DNA from: an uncultured Clavibacter sp.
Lineage (GTDB): Bacteria; Actinomycetota; Actinomycetes; Nanopelagicales; Nanopelagicaceae
NCBI GenBank assembly: GCA_964536895.1
Contig: CAZIAI010000005.1
Location: 704-64,703, forward strand
DNA length: 64,000 bases
Direction: 5' to 3'
In this document: positions 31,912 through 43,815 of the stretch, in pieces
Position numbering within the stretch: the stretch's first letter is position 1
How the letters are laid out: every line of letters starts with the position of its first letter
Program-made: the position numbers and the translations under genes
The notes under the pieces: model-generated
The model's input: the letters and a program-made list of their open reading frames with translations, nothing else
Database searches by the model: none
What the model was told of the DNA's origin: nothing

Positions 31912-32889
31912 CTAATTTAGGAGGTCAGGAGAGAGTCCTGCCTCGGTATCGGGAATTCCCAACTCGGCTGCACGCTTATCTGCCATCGCCAAGAGTCTTC
32001 TTATGCGCCCCGCGACTGCATCTTTAGTCATCGGCGGGGTCGACAATGAACCCAGCTCTTCGAGGCTTGCTTGTCCGTGGGTAATGCGTAGTTGACCAGC
32101 TTCGCGCAGATGATCTGGAATCTCATCACCCAAAATCTCCATTGCGCGTTGCACACGTGCTGATGCGGCAACCGCTGCTCGGGCTGAACGCCTTAGATTT
32201 GCATCATCAAAATTCGCTAAACGATTTGCAGTAGCCCTTACCTCTCGGCGCATTCTGCGTTCTTCCCAGGCCATTACGCTTTCATGAGCTCCAAGTCGGG
32301 TTAACAAAACTCCAATCGCATCACCATCACGAATTACAACGCGATCAACACCTCGCACCTCACGAGCTTTTGCAGTGATGCTTAATCTGCGTGCCGCTCC
32401 AACAAGTGCTAACGCAGCCTCAGGTCCTGGACAGGTGATTTCGAGGGCAGATGAACGGCCCGGTTCAGTCAGCGAGCCATGAGCCAAGAATGCGCCACGC
32501 CATGCCGCCTCTGCATCGCAAATTCCGGCAGAAACAACTTGTGGTGGAAGTCCTCTCACCGGTCTGCCATGAGAATCAACTAAACCAGTTTGTCTAGCTA
32601 GGGCATCTCCATCTTTGATAACACGTACTAAGTAGCGACTTCCTTTTCGTAATCCGCCTGCGCTAATAACAGCTAAATCAGAATCATGTCCATAAATGTC
32701 AGCAATGTCTTTACGTATTCTTCTCGCAGCTTGAGCGGTATCTAGCTCTATTTCAACCATGATTTTTCCAGCTGAGATATGCAATCCCCCTGCGAAACGA
32801 AGAATCGCCGAGACCTCAGCCTTGCGGCAACAAGGTTTTGAGATAGCTAGTCTCGATAGCTCATCCTTTACAGAAGCGGTCATTGCCAT
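31912..32889 (-). CDS. whiA: DNA-binding protein WhiA
   Basis: 325 aa with N-terminus [12 protein letters not shown], a LAGLIDADG-like core and a C-terminal HTH, in the yvcK-rapZ-uvrC neighbourhood. Confidence 0.93.
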   Translation of the reverse strand: MAMTASVKDELSRLAISKPCCRKAEVSAILRFAGGLHISAGKIMVEIELDTAQAARRIRKDIADIYGHDSDLAVISAGGLRKGSRYLVRVIKDGDALARQTGLVDSHGRPVRGLPPQVVSAGICDAEAAWRGAFLAHGSLTEPGRSSALEITCPGPEAALALVGAARRLSITAKAREVRGVDRVVIRDGDAIGVLLTRLGAHESVMAWEERRMRREVRATANRLANFDDANLRRSARAAVAASARVQRAMEILGDEIPDHLREAGQLRITHGQASLEELGSLSTPPMTKDAVAGRIRRLLAMADKRAAELGIPDTEAGLSPDLLN

Positions 32890-32894
32890 GAGCG

Positions 32895-33866
32895 TTATCT
32901 AAGCATCTCGGCTTGGAAAATGTGGCTGAAAGCCAAAAATAATTTATCGGGATCGTGATGATTACTGCCCGGGTGCGTTGCCAAATCGGCCACATGCACC
33001 CGTCCACCCATGATTTTCACCAACTCTTCCAGCTCAGGCAATGCCTGTTCTTGTGCCGCAATGGATTCATCAATTAATGCAAAGTCGCACCCCAAATCCG
33101 GCGCAAACCTGCGCATTACCCTTAAGTGTTCAGCCGGAGAACTGCCAGCCAATTCATCCCCTGTGCGATTTGCTGCCGCGTCAAGATTTAGCACAAATAA
33201 TTTCTTGGCTTTTGAATCGCATAATGCTCTGAGTTGTTGCTCAACTAGTACGTGCGGCAACACACTTGAAAACCAGGAACCTGGACCAAAGGTTATGAAA
33301 TCTGCGGCCGCGATCGCATCTAATCCCTGTTGCGTTGGGTGGGGATTTTCTGGAATTAAACGGAGGTTTTCCAATACTCCTTTGCTTAGAGCTACCTCTT
33401 TCTGTCCCCGGATGACATGAGTGCCCTCCCAGTTTTTGAAAACCGCTTCGATATCAAGAGGTTCTAGCGCCATTGGTAAAACTTTTCCAACAACTTTTAG
33501 TAATGCTCCTACCTTTTCGAGACCTTGCACCGGATCGCCATCTCGATCCCACAGCGCGGTGAGAAGTAGATTTCCTAAAGCATGTCCATCAAGTGAGCCC
33601 TGTGACGTGAAGCGGTACTGCATGATCTGCGCCCAACTTCTTCCCCATTCATCATCAGCGCACAAAGCAGCTAGCGCCATCCGCAAATCTCCGGGAGGTA
33701 AGGAGTGGAACTCCTCTCGCAGCCTTCCACTTGATCCCCCATTGTCAGCCACAGTAACAATGGCAGTTATCTCAGAGGTTAATTTTCTGAGTGCAGATAG
33801 TGTTGCCGCCAAGCCATGCCCGCCACCCAGTGCCACAACTTTTGGTTGTGATAAGTCCAGCTCCAT
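32895..33866 (-). CDS. yvcK: YvcK/CuvA-family (CofD-like) protein
   Basis: [14 protein letters not shown] and [11 protein letters not shown] motifs, between rapZ and whiA. Confidence 0.9.
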   Translation of the reverse strand: MELDLSQPKVVALGGGHGLAATLSALRKLTSEITAIVTVADNGGSSGRLREEFHSLPPGDLRMALAALCADDEWGRSWAQIMQYRFTSQGSLDGHALGNLLLTALWDRDGDPVQGLEKVGALLKVVGKVLPMALEPLDIEAVFKNWEGTHVIRGQKEVALSKGVLENLRLIPENPHPTQQGLDAIAAADFITFGPGSWFSSVLPHVLVEQQLRALCDSKAKKLFVLNLDAAANRTGDELAGSSPAEHLRVMRRFAPDLGCDFALIDESIAAQEQALPELEELVKIMGGRVHVADLATHPGSNHHDPDKLFLAFSHIFQAEMLR

Positions 33867-34753
33867 TAACGCTCTCGACCCAAATCTCTGTGGATTGCAT
33901 GAGCAGAAACTTTGTGTTCAGAGTCAATTTTGCTGTCATTTATTCTTTTGGCTAACTCCTGAGCCACCGCCACGCTACGGTGCTTTCCGCCAGTACAGCC
34001 AATCGCCAGAGTGACATAGCGTTTGCCTTCGCGCAGGTAACCCCTGCCGATACTCTCAAATAGCGCAACATAGCGATCTAGAAACTCTGCAACTCCAGTG
34101 GCATTTAATACCGCCTGACTTACCTCTTTATCTAATCCATTTTTTGGACGTAACTCTGGATCCCAATGAGGATTTGGAATGAATCTGCAATCCATAACCA
34201 GATCAGCATCTACCGGCAGACCAAACTTGTAACCAAATGAGAGAACGTTCACCTTTAATGATGAATTTTCAGTTGTGGCAAAGAGTTCAGAAATCTTTTT
34301 TTCTAATTGGTGGACATTAAGTTGAGATGAATCAACGACTAAATCCGCTCCAGAGCGCAACTCTCTTAGCTTTTCCCGCTCCCTTTCAATGCCATCAACA
34401 ATTCGATCATTGCCTTGAAGAGGGTGTGGTCTTCTGGAGGACTCGAATCTGCGGACCAAAACATCATCAGCTGCATCTACAAAGATGATCTTGCGCGATA
34501 TTCCACGTTCGGCCAAGTCCGCCAAAGATCGATTCAGATCATCGAAAAACTGTCTGCCTCTGACATCAATGACTACTGCAAGTGAGTCTGCTGACCGCTC
34601 AGTCATATCAAAAACAGAGATCAATAGTGACGGAGGAAGGTTGTCGATTACATACCAGCCATGATCCTCCATGGCATGTGCGACAGTCGACCTACCCGCA
34701 CCGCTCATGCCGGTGATTACAACTATCTCCCTTTCCATGGCTCCATCATCCAC
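33866..34753 (-). CDS. rapZ: RNase adapter / P-loop ATPase RapZ (YvcJ)
   Basis: VVITGMSGAGRSTVAHAMED (Walker A) and C-terminal GCTGGKHRSV. The start is uncertain (GTG 34753 or ATG 34738). Confidence 0.9.
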   Translation of the reverse strand: MDDGAMEREIVVITGMSGAGRSTVAHAMEDHGWYVIDNLPPSLLISVFDMTERSADSLAVVIDVRGRQFFDDLNRSLADLAERGISRKIIFVDAADDVLVRRFESSRRPHPLQGNDRIVDGIEREREKLRELRSGADLVVDSSQLNVHQLEKKISELFATTENSSLKVNVLSFGYKFGLPVDADLVMDCRFIPNPHWDPELRPKNGLDKEVSQAVLNATGVAEFLDRYVALFESIGRGYLREGKRYVTLAIGCTGGKHRSVAVAQELAKRINDSKIDSEHKVSAHAIHRDLGRER

Positions 34754-34769
34754 ATGCTGTCAAGCATCT

Positions 34770-36680
34770 TTAGACTCCCTTTGTAATCTCTCCGGTGGCG
34801 GTGTCTATCTGATCATTAGCTGGCATTTCAGATAACGATTTGAAAATCACATCAGCGGTTTTGGCTCCGATGCCCGGTACTTGGGAAATCTCCTCCAGCG
34901 TTGCCTGCTTTAAAGCTGCAATCGAGCCGAATCTCTCGAGTAGTGCTTTTCTCCTGACTTCTCCCAGAGAAGCAATTTCATCCAAAAATGACTCCAACAT
35001 CAAGCGTGAACGTTTAGAGCGATGGAAGGTAATGGCAAATCTATGTGCTTCATCTCTGATTCTTTGCACCAAATAAAGCGGCTCACTGTTTCGCGGCAAA
35101 ATAACGGGGTAACTCTGATCAGGAAACCAGATCTCCTCTAACCTTTTCGCCAAACCAACCAGAGTGATATCTGTGATACCTAACTCTTCAAATGCACGAG
35201 CGGCTGCGTTTACTTGGCCTCTTCCTCCATCCACAATTACCAGTTGTGGTGGATAGGCGAAACGAGGCTTCTCCCCTCCGCTAACTTCAATCTCATTGAG
35301 ATCAATATCCTTCTCAGCCAGATACCGCTTAAATCGTCTGGTGATCACATGATGCATGGCGCGTGTGTCATCAAACTTTTCACGATCATCAATACCAAAT
35401 CGTCGATACTCACTTTTTTTCGCTTGACCATCTTCGAAGACCACCATGGAGGCGACAACTGATGTGCCTTGAATATTGGATATATCAAAACACTCAATTC
35501 GTAGGGGCAGTTCCTCCATGCCTAAAGCGTTTGCCAACTCTTCAAGTGCTCTGCCGCTTACCCCCGCATCGCTGGAACGCTTACTTAAGAATTGGACTAG
35601 AGAGTGATGTGCGTTTCGCTTCACTGTGTCTAGGAGCTCTAGCTTCTCTCCACGCTCTGGTCTCTTAACTGTAATTCGATTTGAGAATTTGGAAGATAAG
35701 AACTCGCTCAGCGCCTCTTCTACCTCCAGGTTTACTAAGACCTCCTTGGCTGGCTCAAACTCCTCGTAGATTTGATTCAATGTGGCATCCAGAAGCAATG
35801 TCTCCTCGGGGAGGTTTGCTATGTCAATCACCCAAGACTTTGATGAAACTACGCGACCTGCTCTTACTCGAAACAAAGAGGCTGCGGCATGAGTAATGTC
35901 CTGATGGACCGCAATAAAATCTGCCGTAATGCTCTCGGAAATCGCGGCATTGGTTGATTCATTTGCCCGCTTCAACGCAGCTAACTGATCGCGCAGTTTT
36001 ACCGCTCTTTCAAACTCTTCGGCTTCGGCGGCCTTGTGCATCTCTTTTTCTAACTCCTCTGTGATGTCAGCCGAGCCATCTGACATAAATCTTTCAAGAT
36101 CTCTTGCAAGTTTCATATGCTCTTCCGAATTAACTCGAGAGACGCATGGTGCGGCACACTTTCCAATATCTCCCAACAGGCAGGCGCGGTTTACTCGCTT
36201 AGCACGTTCAAAGTTTGAGTTTGAACAGGATCGAACCGGAAACATCTTTAACAAAACATCAAAGGTAGATCGCAATGCCCACGCGTGCGCAAAGGGTCCA
36301 AAGTAGGCCACGCCTTTTCGTTTACTCCGGCGGGTTATGAATAATCTGGGAAACTCCTCATTTAATGAAAGTGCTAAGTATGGATAGGACTTGTCATCCT
36401 TGAACTGCACATTAAACGCTGGGTTCTCCTCCTTGATCCAGGTGAACTCAAGTTGAAGCGCCTCTACCTCGGTTCTGACCACGGTCCAATCCACACGATT
36501 TGCGGCGTGAATCATCCGATAGGTCTTCTCCCCGACATTTTTTTGGAAGTAAGAGTTAAGTCGATTTTTTAGTGAGCGGGCTTTGCCGACATAAATCACC
36601 TTGTCTGCAGCATCAAAAAATCTATACACACCCGGCTCATCAGGGATATTGGTCGGACGATATGAAGCAGGGTCTGACAT
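34770..36680 (-). CDS. uvrC: excinuclease ABC subunit C
   Basis: GIY-YIG N-domain (GVYRFFDAADKVIYVGKA), UVR domain and C-terminal (HhH)2. 636 aa. Confidence 0.96.
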   Translation of the reverse strand: MSDPASYRPTNIPDEPGVYRFFDAADKVIYVGKARSLKNRLNSYFQKNVGEKTYRMIHAANRVDWTVVRTEVEALQLEFTWIKEENPAFNVQFKDDKSYPYLALSLNEEFPRLFITRRSKRKGVAYFGPFAHAWALRSTFDVLLKMFPVRSCSNSNFERAKRVNRACLLGDIGKCAAPCVSRVNSEEHMKLARDLERFMSDGSADITEELEKEMHKAAEAEEFERAVKLRDQLAALKRANESTNAAISESITADFIAVHQDITHAAASLFRVRAGRVVSSKSWVIDIANLPEETLLLDATLNQIYEEFEPAKEVLVNLEVEEALSEFLSSKFSNRITVKRPERGEKLELLDTVKRNAHHSLVQFLSKRSSDAGVSGRALEELANALGMEELPLRIECFDISNIQGTSVVASMVVFEDGQAKKSEYRRFGIDDREKFDDTRAMHHVITRRFKRYLAEKDIDLNEIEVSGGEKPRFAYPPQLVIVDGGRGQVNAAARAFEELGITDITLVGLAKRLEEIWFPDQSYPVILPRNSEPLYLVQRIRDEAHRFAITFHRSKRSRLMLESFLDEIASLGEVRRKALLERFGSIAALKQATLEEISQVPGIGAKTADVIFKSLSEMPANDQIDTATGEITKGV

Positions 36681-36694
36681 GCGAGGCGAGCTAT

Positions 36695-39535
36695 CTACTT
36701 CTTCAAAGCTTCAGCCAAGAACTTGCCGGTATAGCTGGACTTAACCTTAGCTACGGTTTCTGGCGTGCCTTGAGCAACCACGGTTCCACCACCAGAGCCA
36801 CCTTCTGGGCCAAGATCGATTATCCAGTCAGCACATTTGATGACATCCATATTGTGCTCAATAACTACTACGGTATTTCCAGTATCAACTAAACGTTGCA
36901 ACACACCCAGTAATTTTCTGACATCTTCGAAATGCAATCCAGTTGTTGGTTCATCCAAGACATAAATTGTGCGACCAGTAGAGCGGCGTTGTAGCTCAGT
37001 TGCTAGCTTTACTCTCTGGGCCTCTCCACCTGAGAGAGTTGGCGCTGACTGTCCCAATCGAACATATCCCAAGCCGACATCACACAAAGTTTTCAAATAG
37101 CGATGTATCGCAGGAATAGACTCAAAAAACTCAGTCGCTTTTTCGATCGGCATATCCAAGACCTGCGCAATGGTCTTGCCTTTGTAGTGCACCTCAAGTG
37201 TTTCCCGGTTATATCTGGCACCATGGCAAACCTCGCAAGGCACATATACATCAGGCAGGAAGTTCATCTCAATTGTGATAGTTCCATCACCGGCACAGTT
37301 CTCACATCTGCCGCCTTTAACATTGAAGGAGAAGCGTCCTTGTTGGTAACCCCGAACTTTTGCCTCGCTGGTTTCTGCAAACAGGGCTCTAACTTTGTCG
37401 AATACACCAGTGTAGGTAGCTGGGTTTGACCGTGGGGTTCGTCCAATAGGTGATTGATCAACATGAACAACCTTGTCTAATTGGTCTATTCCTGTGATGG
37501 TGCGATGCCTTCCAGGGACTACTCGAGCACCATTTAACTTGTTAGCCAAAACAGAGTACAAGATGTCATTAACTAGAGTGGACTTTCCTGAACCACTTAC
37601 GCCAGTCACCGCTACAAAAACACCAAGCGGGATATTCACATCAATACTTCTTAAGTTGTTTTCTTTTGCTTCCTTTATAACCAGATTGCGTTTGGGGTTG
37701 ATTGCTCTGCGATTTTTGGGGATTTCAATCTTGCTGCGGCCAGAAATATAGGCTCCAGTTATTGAACGCTTGGCAGCAATTAATGCCTGATAATCACCAG
37801 AAACTACAATCTCACCGCCATGTTCTCCAGCGCCAGGACCAATATCTACAATCCAATCAGCTGTGCGAATAGTCTCTTCATCATGCTCCACCACAATCAA
37901 TGTATTTCCAAGATCTCTGAGATGTGTAAGCGTCTCAATTAAGCGAACATTGTCGCGTTGATGCAAGCCGATACTGGGTTCATCCAAAACATAAAGTACC
38001 CCTACAAGTCCCGAGCCAATCTGTGTGGCCAATCTGATGCGTTGTGCCTCGCCTCCAGAGAGAGTGGCTGCTGGTCTGGCAAGAGTTAAGTACTCCAAAC
38101 CAACATCAAGTAAGAAACCTAGGCGAGCGTGTACCTCTTTCATCACGCGTTCTGCGATTTTTGCCTCTCGCGATCCAAGCTTTAGCTGCTTGAGGAATTT
38201 GGCACATTCCTCAATTGAAAGTTCGCAAATCTCAGCGATGTTCTTCTCTCCCAATGTCACCGCCAAAACCTCTGGCTTTAGTCGACTGCCCTTACAAGCT
38301 GGGCAAGGAGTTTCACGCATATAAGCCTCATACTTTTCACGGCTGTAATCACTATCAGTTTCGGAGTGTCTCCTTTGGATAAATGGAATAACCCCTTCAA
38401 AACCAGTTGAGTAATTCCTCACCCGTCCATATCGATTTTTGTACTTTACATGTACTTCATACTCATAACCATTAAGAATCGCTTCTTTGGCTTTCTGCGA
38501 GAGTTTTGACCAAGGTGTGTTCAATGAGAACTTAACATCACTGGCCAAAGCCTCTAATAGATTCAAGAAATAATCAGCGGATTGACCACCAGACCAAGGC
38601 GCGATGGCTCCATCTGATATTGAGATTGAATCATCTGGGATAACCAGCTCCTCATCCACCTCTAATTTTGAACCAATTCCAGTGCATTCGGCGCAGGCGC
38701 CAAATGGTGAATTAAAGGAGAAAGATCTCGGTTCCATCTCTTGGAATGACAAGCCGCAATCATGACAAGCTAGTAGTTCGCTATAAGTGCGCTCTTTGTC
38801 AACACCTTTAGCATCTACAAACTCGAGAGTTACCAATCCGCTAGCCAAGCGCAGCGCCGTTTCAATGGAGTCGGTAAGTCTTTGCTTACTCTCTGGCTTG
38901 GCGGTTAAACGATCAACCACAACTTCAATTGTGTGCTTTTCTTGTTTTTTCAGCTTAGGTGGTTCAGATAGTGAAATTGTCGTGCCATCAACTCGAGCCC
39001 GGGCATATCCCTGTGACAACAAATCCTTGAATAGATCAACGAACTCACCTTTGCGCGCTCTAATCATGGGCGCAAGTACTTGAAACTTAGTCTCTGGTGG
39101 CAGCTCTAGAATTTGATCAACTATGTTTTGTGGAGATTGCTTAGCGATTGCCTTTCCACATTCAGGGCAATGGGGTTTGCCCGCTCTAGCAAAAAGAAGG
39201 CGCAGGTAGTCATAAACCTCGGTGATGGTTCCAACCGTGGATCGCGGATTGCGGTTAGTGGATTTTTGATCAATGGATACCGCAGGCGACAGGCCCTCTA
39301 TGAAATCAACATCAGGCTTGTCCATCTGTCCCAAGAATTGTCTGGCGTAAGCAGATAGGGATTCAACATATCTTCTTTGACCCTCAGCAAATATGGTGTC
39401 AAAAGCTAGTGAGGACTTTCCAGATCCGGATAGCCCAGTAAATACGATCATCGCATTGCGAGGTAAATCGAGAGAAACATTTTTCAGGTTATGTTCTCGC
39501 GCACCGCGCACTACCAAACGATCCGCACTCATCAC
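36695..39535 (-). CDS. uvrA: excinuclease ABC subunit A
   Basis: 946 aa with two ABC modules ([23 protein letters not shown]; LSGGEAQR twice) and CxxC zinc modules. Confidence 0.97.
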   Translation of the reverse strand: MMSADRLVVRGAREHNLKNVSLDLPRNAMIVFTGLSGSGKSSLAFDTIFAEGQRRYVESLSAYARQFLGQMDKPDVDFIEGLSPAVSIDQKSTNRNPRSTVGTITEVYDYLRLLFARAGKPHCPECGKAIAKQSPQNIVDQILELPPETKFQVLAPMIRARKGEFVDLFKDLLSQGYARARVDGTTISLSEPPKLKKQEKHTIEVVVDRLTAKPESKQRLTDSIETALRLASGLVTLEFVDAKGVDKERTYSELLACHDCGLSFQEMEPRSFSFNSPFGACAECTGIGSKLEVDEELVIPDDSISISDGAIAPWSGGQSADYFLNLLEALASDVKFSLNTPWSKLSQKAKEAILNGYEYEVHVKYKNRYGRVRNYSTGFEGVIPFIQRRHSETDSDYSREKYEAYMRETPCPACKGSRLKPEVLAVTLGEKNIAEICELSIEECAKFLKQLKLGSREAKIAERVMKEVHARLGFLLDVGLEYLTLARPAATLSGGEAQRIRLATQIGSGLVGVLYVLDEPSIGLHQRDNVRLIETLTHLRDLGNTLIVVEHDEETIRTADWIVDIGPGAGEHGGEIVVSGDYQALIAAKRSITGAYISGRSKIEIPKNRRAINPKRNLVIKEAKENNLRSIDVNIPLGVFVAVTGVSGSGKSTLVNDILYSVLANKLNGARVVPGRHRTITGIDQLDKVVHVDQSPIGRTPRSNPATYTGVFDKVRALFAETSEAKVRGYQQGRFSFNVKGGRCENCAGDGTITIEMNFLPDVYVPCEVCHGARYNRETLEVHYKGKTIAQVLDMPIEKATEFFESIPAIHRYLKTLCDVGLGYVRLGQSAPTLSGGEAQRVKLATELQRRSTGRTIYVLDEPTTGLHFEDVRKLLGVLQRLVDTGNTVVVIEHNMDVIKCADWIIDLGPEGGSGGGTVVAQGTPETVAKVKSSYTGKFLAEALKK

Positions 39536-41610
39536 ATCCCCGCTTCTTCCATTGCGCGAAGCTCCCGCTTCAACTCCTTGATTTCATCCCGCAAACGGGC
39601 TGCCAGCTCGAAGGCGAGTTCAGCTGCGGCATTTCGCATCTGCTGCGTTAGTGAGTCGATAAGACCCAAAAGCTCTGCCCGAGGCAAGGCTACGAGTGAT
39701 TTCGCATGCACGCCAACTGGGGTATCGCTCACCCGTTTCTTTGCTCCAGAAAGAAGTGCATCGGTGTCATCACTTTCCTGAGCAATCAAATCGGTAATGT
39801 CGGCAATCTTTTTACGTAGTGGCTGTGGGTCTATGCCGTGCTCTTTGTTATAGGCCACCTGCTTGGCTCTGCGTCGGTTAGTTTCTTCGATCGCCCTAGC
39901 CATTGAGTCCGTTATGTTGTCGGCATACATGTGAACTTCTCCGGAAACATTTCTAGCTGCTCTGCCAATTGTCTGAATCAAAGATCTAGTTGATCGCAGG
40001 AAGCCTTCTTTGTCAGCATCCAGAATTGCCACCAGGGAAACTTCAGGCAGGTCTAATCCCTCACGCAACAAATTGATACCAATCAGAACATCGTATTCGC
40101 CCATTCGCAGCTCACGTAGCAGCTCTACTCTTCGTAGGGTGTCCACTTCTGAGTGAAGATAGCGAACTCTGATGCCTGCATCAGTAAAGAAATCAGTTAA
40201 ATCCTCGGCCATCTTTTTGGTCAAAGTTGTAACCAAAACCCTTTCATTGCGCTCTGCTCTGAGCTTTATTTCATTCATCAAATCATCGATTTGATTCTTG
40301 ATTGGCTTTAAAACAATCTTTGGATCAACCAAGCCTGTAGGCCTAATCACCTGTTCAACAAACTCTCCTCCGGCTTTCTCCATCTCATAAGGGCCAGGGG
40401 TTGCAGATAGGTAAACCTTTTGTGGGGTGCGTTCCAAGAATTCATTAAAGGTTAGTGGTCGGTTGTCGAGCGCGCTTGGCAACCTAAATCCATGTTCAAC
40501 TAGCGTCCGCTTTCGTGATGCATCACCTTCGTACATGGCTCCGATTTGTGGAACAGTGATGTGCGATTCATCAATCACGCAGAGAAAATCCTCCGGAAAG
40601 TAATCCAAGAGGCAGTTTGGCGGAGAACCCTGAGCTCGACCATCAATGTGTCTTGAATAGTTTTCAATTCCAGAGCAAAACCCCAGCTGGAGCATCATTT
40701 CAATATCAAACTGAGTTCTCATCCTTAATCTTTGGGCTTCCAATAACTTGTTTTGCCGCTCTAACTCATTTAGTCGAATCGCCAACTCAGCCTCAATGTC
40801 TGCGATCGCACGCTTCATTGTTTCCGGTCCCGCTGAATAGTGTGTGGCTGGAAAGATGAATACCTCTTTTACATCGCTGACAATCTCTCCAGTTAGTGGG
40901 TTTAGGGTTGTAAGTCGCTCAACTTCATCACCAAACATTTCGATGCGGATCGCCAACTCTTCATAAACCGGGATTATCTCCACCGTGTCACCTCTGACTC
41001 GGAAAGTACCCCGTTCAAATGACATGTCATTTCTCTTGTATTGAATATCAACAAAACGTCTTAGTAGAACATTTCGGTCAACAGAATCCCCTACTGCAAT
41101 CGTAATCATTCGATCTATGTACTCTTGAGGGGTCCCTAGGCCATAAATGCAGGAAACAGTTGCGACAACTACTACATCTCTTCTGGTGAGCAATGAGTAG
41201 GTCGCCGAGTAACGCAACCGCTCTACCTCTGAGTTAACCGAAGAATCTTTTTCTATGAAGGTATCGGTCTGGGGAACATAAGCCTCTGGTTGGTAATAGT
41301 CGTAATAAGAGACAAAGTACTCAACCGCATTGTTGGGCAACAACTCTCGGAACTCATTCGCCAGCTGCGCTGCCAAGGTTTTGTTGGGAGCAAGAACCAG
41401 TGTTGGTCTTTGCACCTGTTCGATCAGCCAAGCTGTGGTTGCTGATTTTCCAGTACCGGTTGCGCCGAGAAGCACAATGTCTTTCTCGCCGCGGTTTACT
41501 CGATCTGTCAGCTCTCTGATGGCATCTGGCTGGTCACCCGCTGGCTTGAAATCACTAATTACTTGAAAGGGTTTATCAGCTCTTGGTGTGGAGGTAATTG
41601 CTCTGGTCAC
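39532..41610 (-). CDS. uvrB: excinuclease ABC subunit B
   Basis: 692 aa with GATGTGKS, helicase motifs and a C-terminal UVR domain ([15 protein letters not shown]). Its stop overlaps the uvrA start. Confidence 0.97.
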   Translation of the reverse strand: MTRAITSTPRADKPFQVISDFKPAGDQPDAIRELTDRVNRGEKDIVLLGATGTGKSATTAWLIEQVQRPTLVLAPNKTLAAQLANEFRELLPNNAVEYFVSYYDYYQPEAYVPQTDTFIEKDSSVNSEVERLRYSATYSLLTRRDVVVVATVSCIYGLGTPQEYIDRMITIAVGDSVDRNVLLRRFVDIQYKRNDMSFERGTFRVRGDTVEIIPVYEELAIRIEMFGDEVERLTTLNPLTGEIVSDVKEVFIFPATHYSAGPETMKRAIADIEAELAIRLNELERQNKLLEAQRLRMRTQFDIEMMLQLGFCSGIENYSRHIDGRAQGSPPNCLLDYFPEDFLCVIDESHITVPQIGAMYEGDASRKRTLVEHGFRLPSALDNRPLTFNEFLERTPQKVYLSATPGPYEMEKAGGEFVEQVIRPTGLVDPKIVLKPIKNQIDDLMNEIKLRAERNERVLVTTLTKKMAEDLTDFFTDAGIRVRYLHSEVDTLRRVELLRELRMGEYDVLIGINLLREGLDLPEVSLVAILDADKEGFLRSTRSLIQTIGRAARNVSGEVHMYADNITDSMARAIEETNRRRAKQVAYNKEHGIDPQPLRKKIADITDLIAQESDDTDALLSGAKKRVSDTPVGVHAKSLVALPRAELLGLIDSLTQQMRNAAAELAFELAARLRDEIKELKRELRAMEEAGM

Positions 41611-41619
41611 TTCAGTTAC

Positions 41620-42219
41620 TCACCTTGAATTGGCTCTCGTCAGAATCTCGTTACTCCACAACGCCTGAACCTGTTCCCTTAAATCCTCAATAGACCCGTT
41701 ATTTTGCAGGACTGCATGGGAAATGCTGGCTCTTTGGGCATCGCTGGCTTGAGCTGACATGCGCTTTGTTATTTCATACTCCTTCATGCCGCGTTGCTTG
41801 AGCCGTTCAATTCGAATCTTTTCTTGAGCCTGCACCGCAATTACAAAATCAAATTTAGAGCTGCCCTGAGTTTCAAAGAGCAATGGAATTTCATTAACTA
41901 CAATCGCATCAGCGGGTAATGAGCGAATGAGTTGCGCAGTTGCTTCTCGAACTAATGGATGGATTATTGCTTCCAGTTTTAATCTCAAATCTTGATCTGC
42001 GAAAACCATTTCCGCTAAGCGGGCACGATTTATCTCCCCTGAGGTAAGAATTTCATCGCCGAATTCGGCTACTACTTTTTCGAACCCAACGCTGCCCCGC
42101 TCAATTACCGCTCTTGCCAGTTCATCAGAGTCAATTACCGTCGCACCTAACTCTTGGAGAAGTTCTCCAACCGCACTTTTGCCAGACCCGATGCCGCCGG
42201 TGAGCGCAATTTTCAACAC
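41620..42219 (-). CDS. coaE: dephospho-CoA kinase (single-domain form)
   Basis: LKIALTGGIGSGKS P-loop, 199 aa, GTG start. Confidence 0.9.
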   Translation of the reverse strand: MLKIALTGGIGSGKSAVGELLQELGATVIDSDELARAVIERGSVGFEKVVAEFGDEILTSGEINRARLAEMVFADQDLRLKLEAIIHPLVREATAQLIRSLPADAIVVNEIPLLFETQGSSKFDFVIAVQAQEKIRIERLKQRGMKEYEITKRMSAQASDAQRASISHAVLQNNGSIEDLREQVQALWSNEILTRANSR

Positions 42220-42235
42220 GCCTTAAAGCCTACCT

Positions 42236-42272
42236 ACAAAAACAAAACTGGGCCCCGCATTGCGAGGCCCAG
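42236..42272 (-). terminator. rho-independent terminator after rpsA
   Basis: The minus strand reads CUGGGCC-U-CGC-AAU-GCG-G-GGCCCAG followed immediately by UUUUGUUUUUGU. It starts 22 nt after the rpsA stop. Confidence 0.75.
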
Positions 42273-42294
42273 AATATTCTGCTCTTTGAAGTGC

Positions 42295-43638
42295 TTACTC
42301 AGCTTCCGGAGCGGTGGCAGCTGCTGCTGCATCCGCGGCTTGGGCTTCAGCCTTCTGCTTCTTGTGTGCCAAGAAGCGCGCTTGTGCTTCAGCGTATTGA
42401 CGCTCCCACTCTTCGCGCTGTGCTTCATAACCTGGCTTCCACTCCTGTGATTGTGGATCGAAGCCCTCTGGATAAATGAAGTTGCCATTTTCATCGTAAC
42501 GAGCTGGCATTCCATATTGAGTTGGATCAAAAGCTTCTACCTCAACATCATGACCCTCATTTGCTTGCTTCAATGAAAGAGAGATGCGACGGCGCTCAAG
42601 ATCGATATCGATGATTTTCACAAATAGCTGATCGCCAACTTGGACAACCTGCTCAGGAATTTCAACGTGGCGCTCTGCGAGCTCTGAGATGTGGACCAAT
42701 CCTTCAATTCCATCAAATACGCGGATAAATGCGCCGAATGGAACTAGTTTGGTTACTTCACCTGGCACAACCTGATTGATTGTGTGGGTACGAGCAAATG
42801 CCTGCCATGGATCCTCTTGAGTGGCCTTGAGTGACAGTGAAACTCGTTCACGCTCAAAATCAACCTCGAGAACTTCGACTGTTACTTCATCGCCTACTGC
42901 GACAACTTCACTTGGATGATCTATGTGCTTCCATGAAAGCTCAGAGACGTGTACCAGACCATCTACACCGCCAAGGTCAACGAAGGCACCAAAGTTAACG
43001 ATGGAGGAAACAACACCTGTTCTAACCTGACCCTTTTGTAGCTGGTTAAGGAAAGTGGTGCGTGATTCTGATTGAGTCTGCTCAAGGTATGCCCGGCGAG
43101 AAAGAACAACGTTGTTGCGGTTCTTGTCTAGTTCGATGATACGAGCTTCAACCTGCTTACCAATGTATGGCGAAAGATCACGAACGCGCCGCATTTCTAC
43201 CAAAGAAGCAGGAAGGAATCCGCGCAGACCGATATCAACAATTAGGCCGCCCTTCACAACTTCGATAACTGTTCCAGTTACGACTTCGTCGCGCTCCTTC
43301 TTGCCTTCGATTTCTCCCCACGCCTTCTCATATTGAGCGCGCTTCTTGGAGAGGATTAATCTTCCCTCTTTGTCTTCTTTTTGAAGAACTAGAGCCTCAA
43401 CTCGATCGCCGACTTTAACCAATTCACTTGGATCAAGATCATGACGGATAGAGAGTTCGCGGGATGGAATTACACCTTCTGTTTTGTAGCCAATATCTAG
43501 AAGGACTTCATCGCGATCAACCTGGACAACGACGCCAGATACTAAATCTCCATCGTTAAAGTTTTTGATTGTGCCTTCAATTGCGGCGAGAAAATCTTCT
43601 GCTGTTCCAATATCGTTTAATGAAATTTGAGTTGACAA
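42295..43638 (-). CDS. rpsA: 30S ribosomal protein S1
   Basis: 447 aa with four S1 repeats (DRDEVLLDIGYKTEGVIP...) and an acidic/Ala-rich tail. TTG start with GGAG 4 nt upstream. Confidence 0.95.
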   Translation of the reverse strand: MSTQISLNDIGTAEDFLAAIEGTIKNFNDGDLVSGVVVQVDRDEVLLDIGYKTEGVIPSRELSIRHDLDPSELVKVGDRVEALVLQKEDKEGRLILSKKRAQYEKAWGEIEGKKERDEVVTGTVIEVVKGGLIVDIGLRGFLPASLVEMRRVRDLSPYIGKQVEARIIELDKNRNNVVLSRRAYLEQTQSESRTTFLNQLQKGQVRTGVVSSIVNFGAFVDLGGVDGLVHVSELSWKHIDHPSEVVAVGDEVTVEVLEVDFERERVSLSLKATQEDPWQAFARTHTINQVVPGEVTKLVPFGAFIRVFDGIEGLVHISELAERHVEIPEQVVQVGDQLFVKIIDIDLERRRISLSLKQANEGHDVEVEAFDPTQYGMPARYDENGNFIYPEGFDPQSQEWKPGYEAQREEWERQYAEAQARFLAHKKQKAEAQAADAAAAATAPEAE

Positions 43639-43815
43639 GGTACTCCGAGGGGAATTGTTCTAGTAGGGCACGCATGGCATCCGACTCCAATCATTACTGA
43701 TTGGGTAACTCCCACTAGGTCCGAGGATTTACAGGTTATGCAAGCGCGGTGCGTAAGGGTACTTACCAGGGCGACCTTGGGTCAATTTGGCTACTCACTC
43801 CCCCTGAACAAGGCT

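Noticed and set aside
33421-34014. 197-aa plus-strand ORF, the longest unassigned ORF in the track.
   Set aside because: It lies entirely antisense to the strongly conserved yvcK and rapZ genes. Its Ser/Pro/Ala/Cys-rich low-complexity composition is typical of the reverse frame of a real gene, and it has no recognisable motif or RBS.
41667-41676. A LexA/SOS-box-like GAAC..GTTC near the uvrB start, inside the coaE 3' end.
   Set aside because: The spacing is N2, not the N4 of the actinobacterial TCGAAC-N4-GTTCGA box, and the flanking TC/GA bases are missing.
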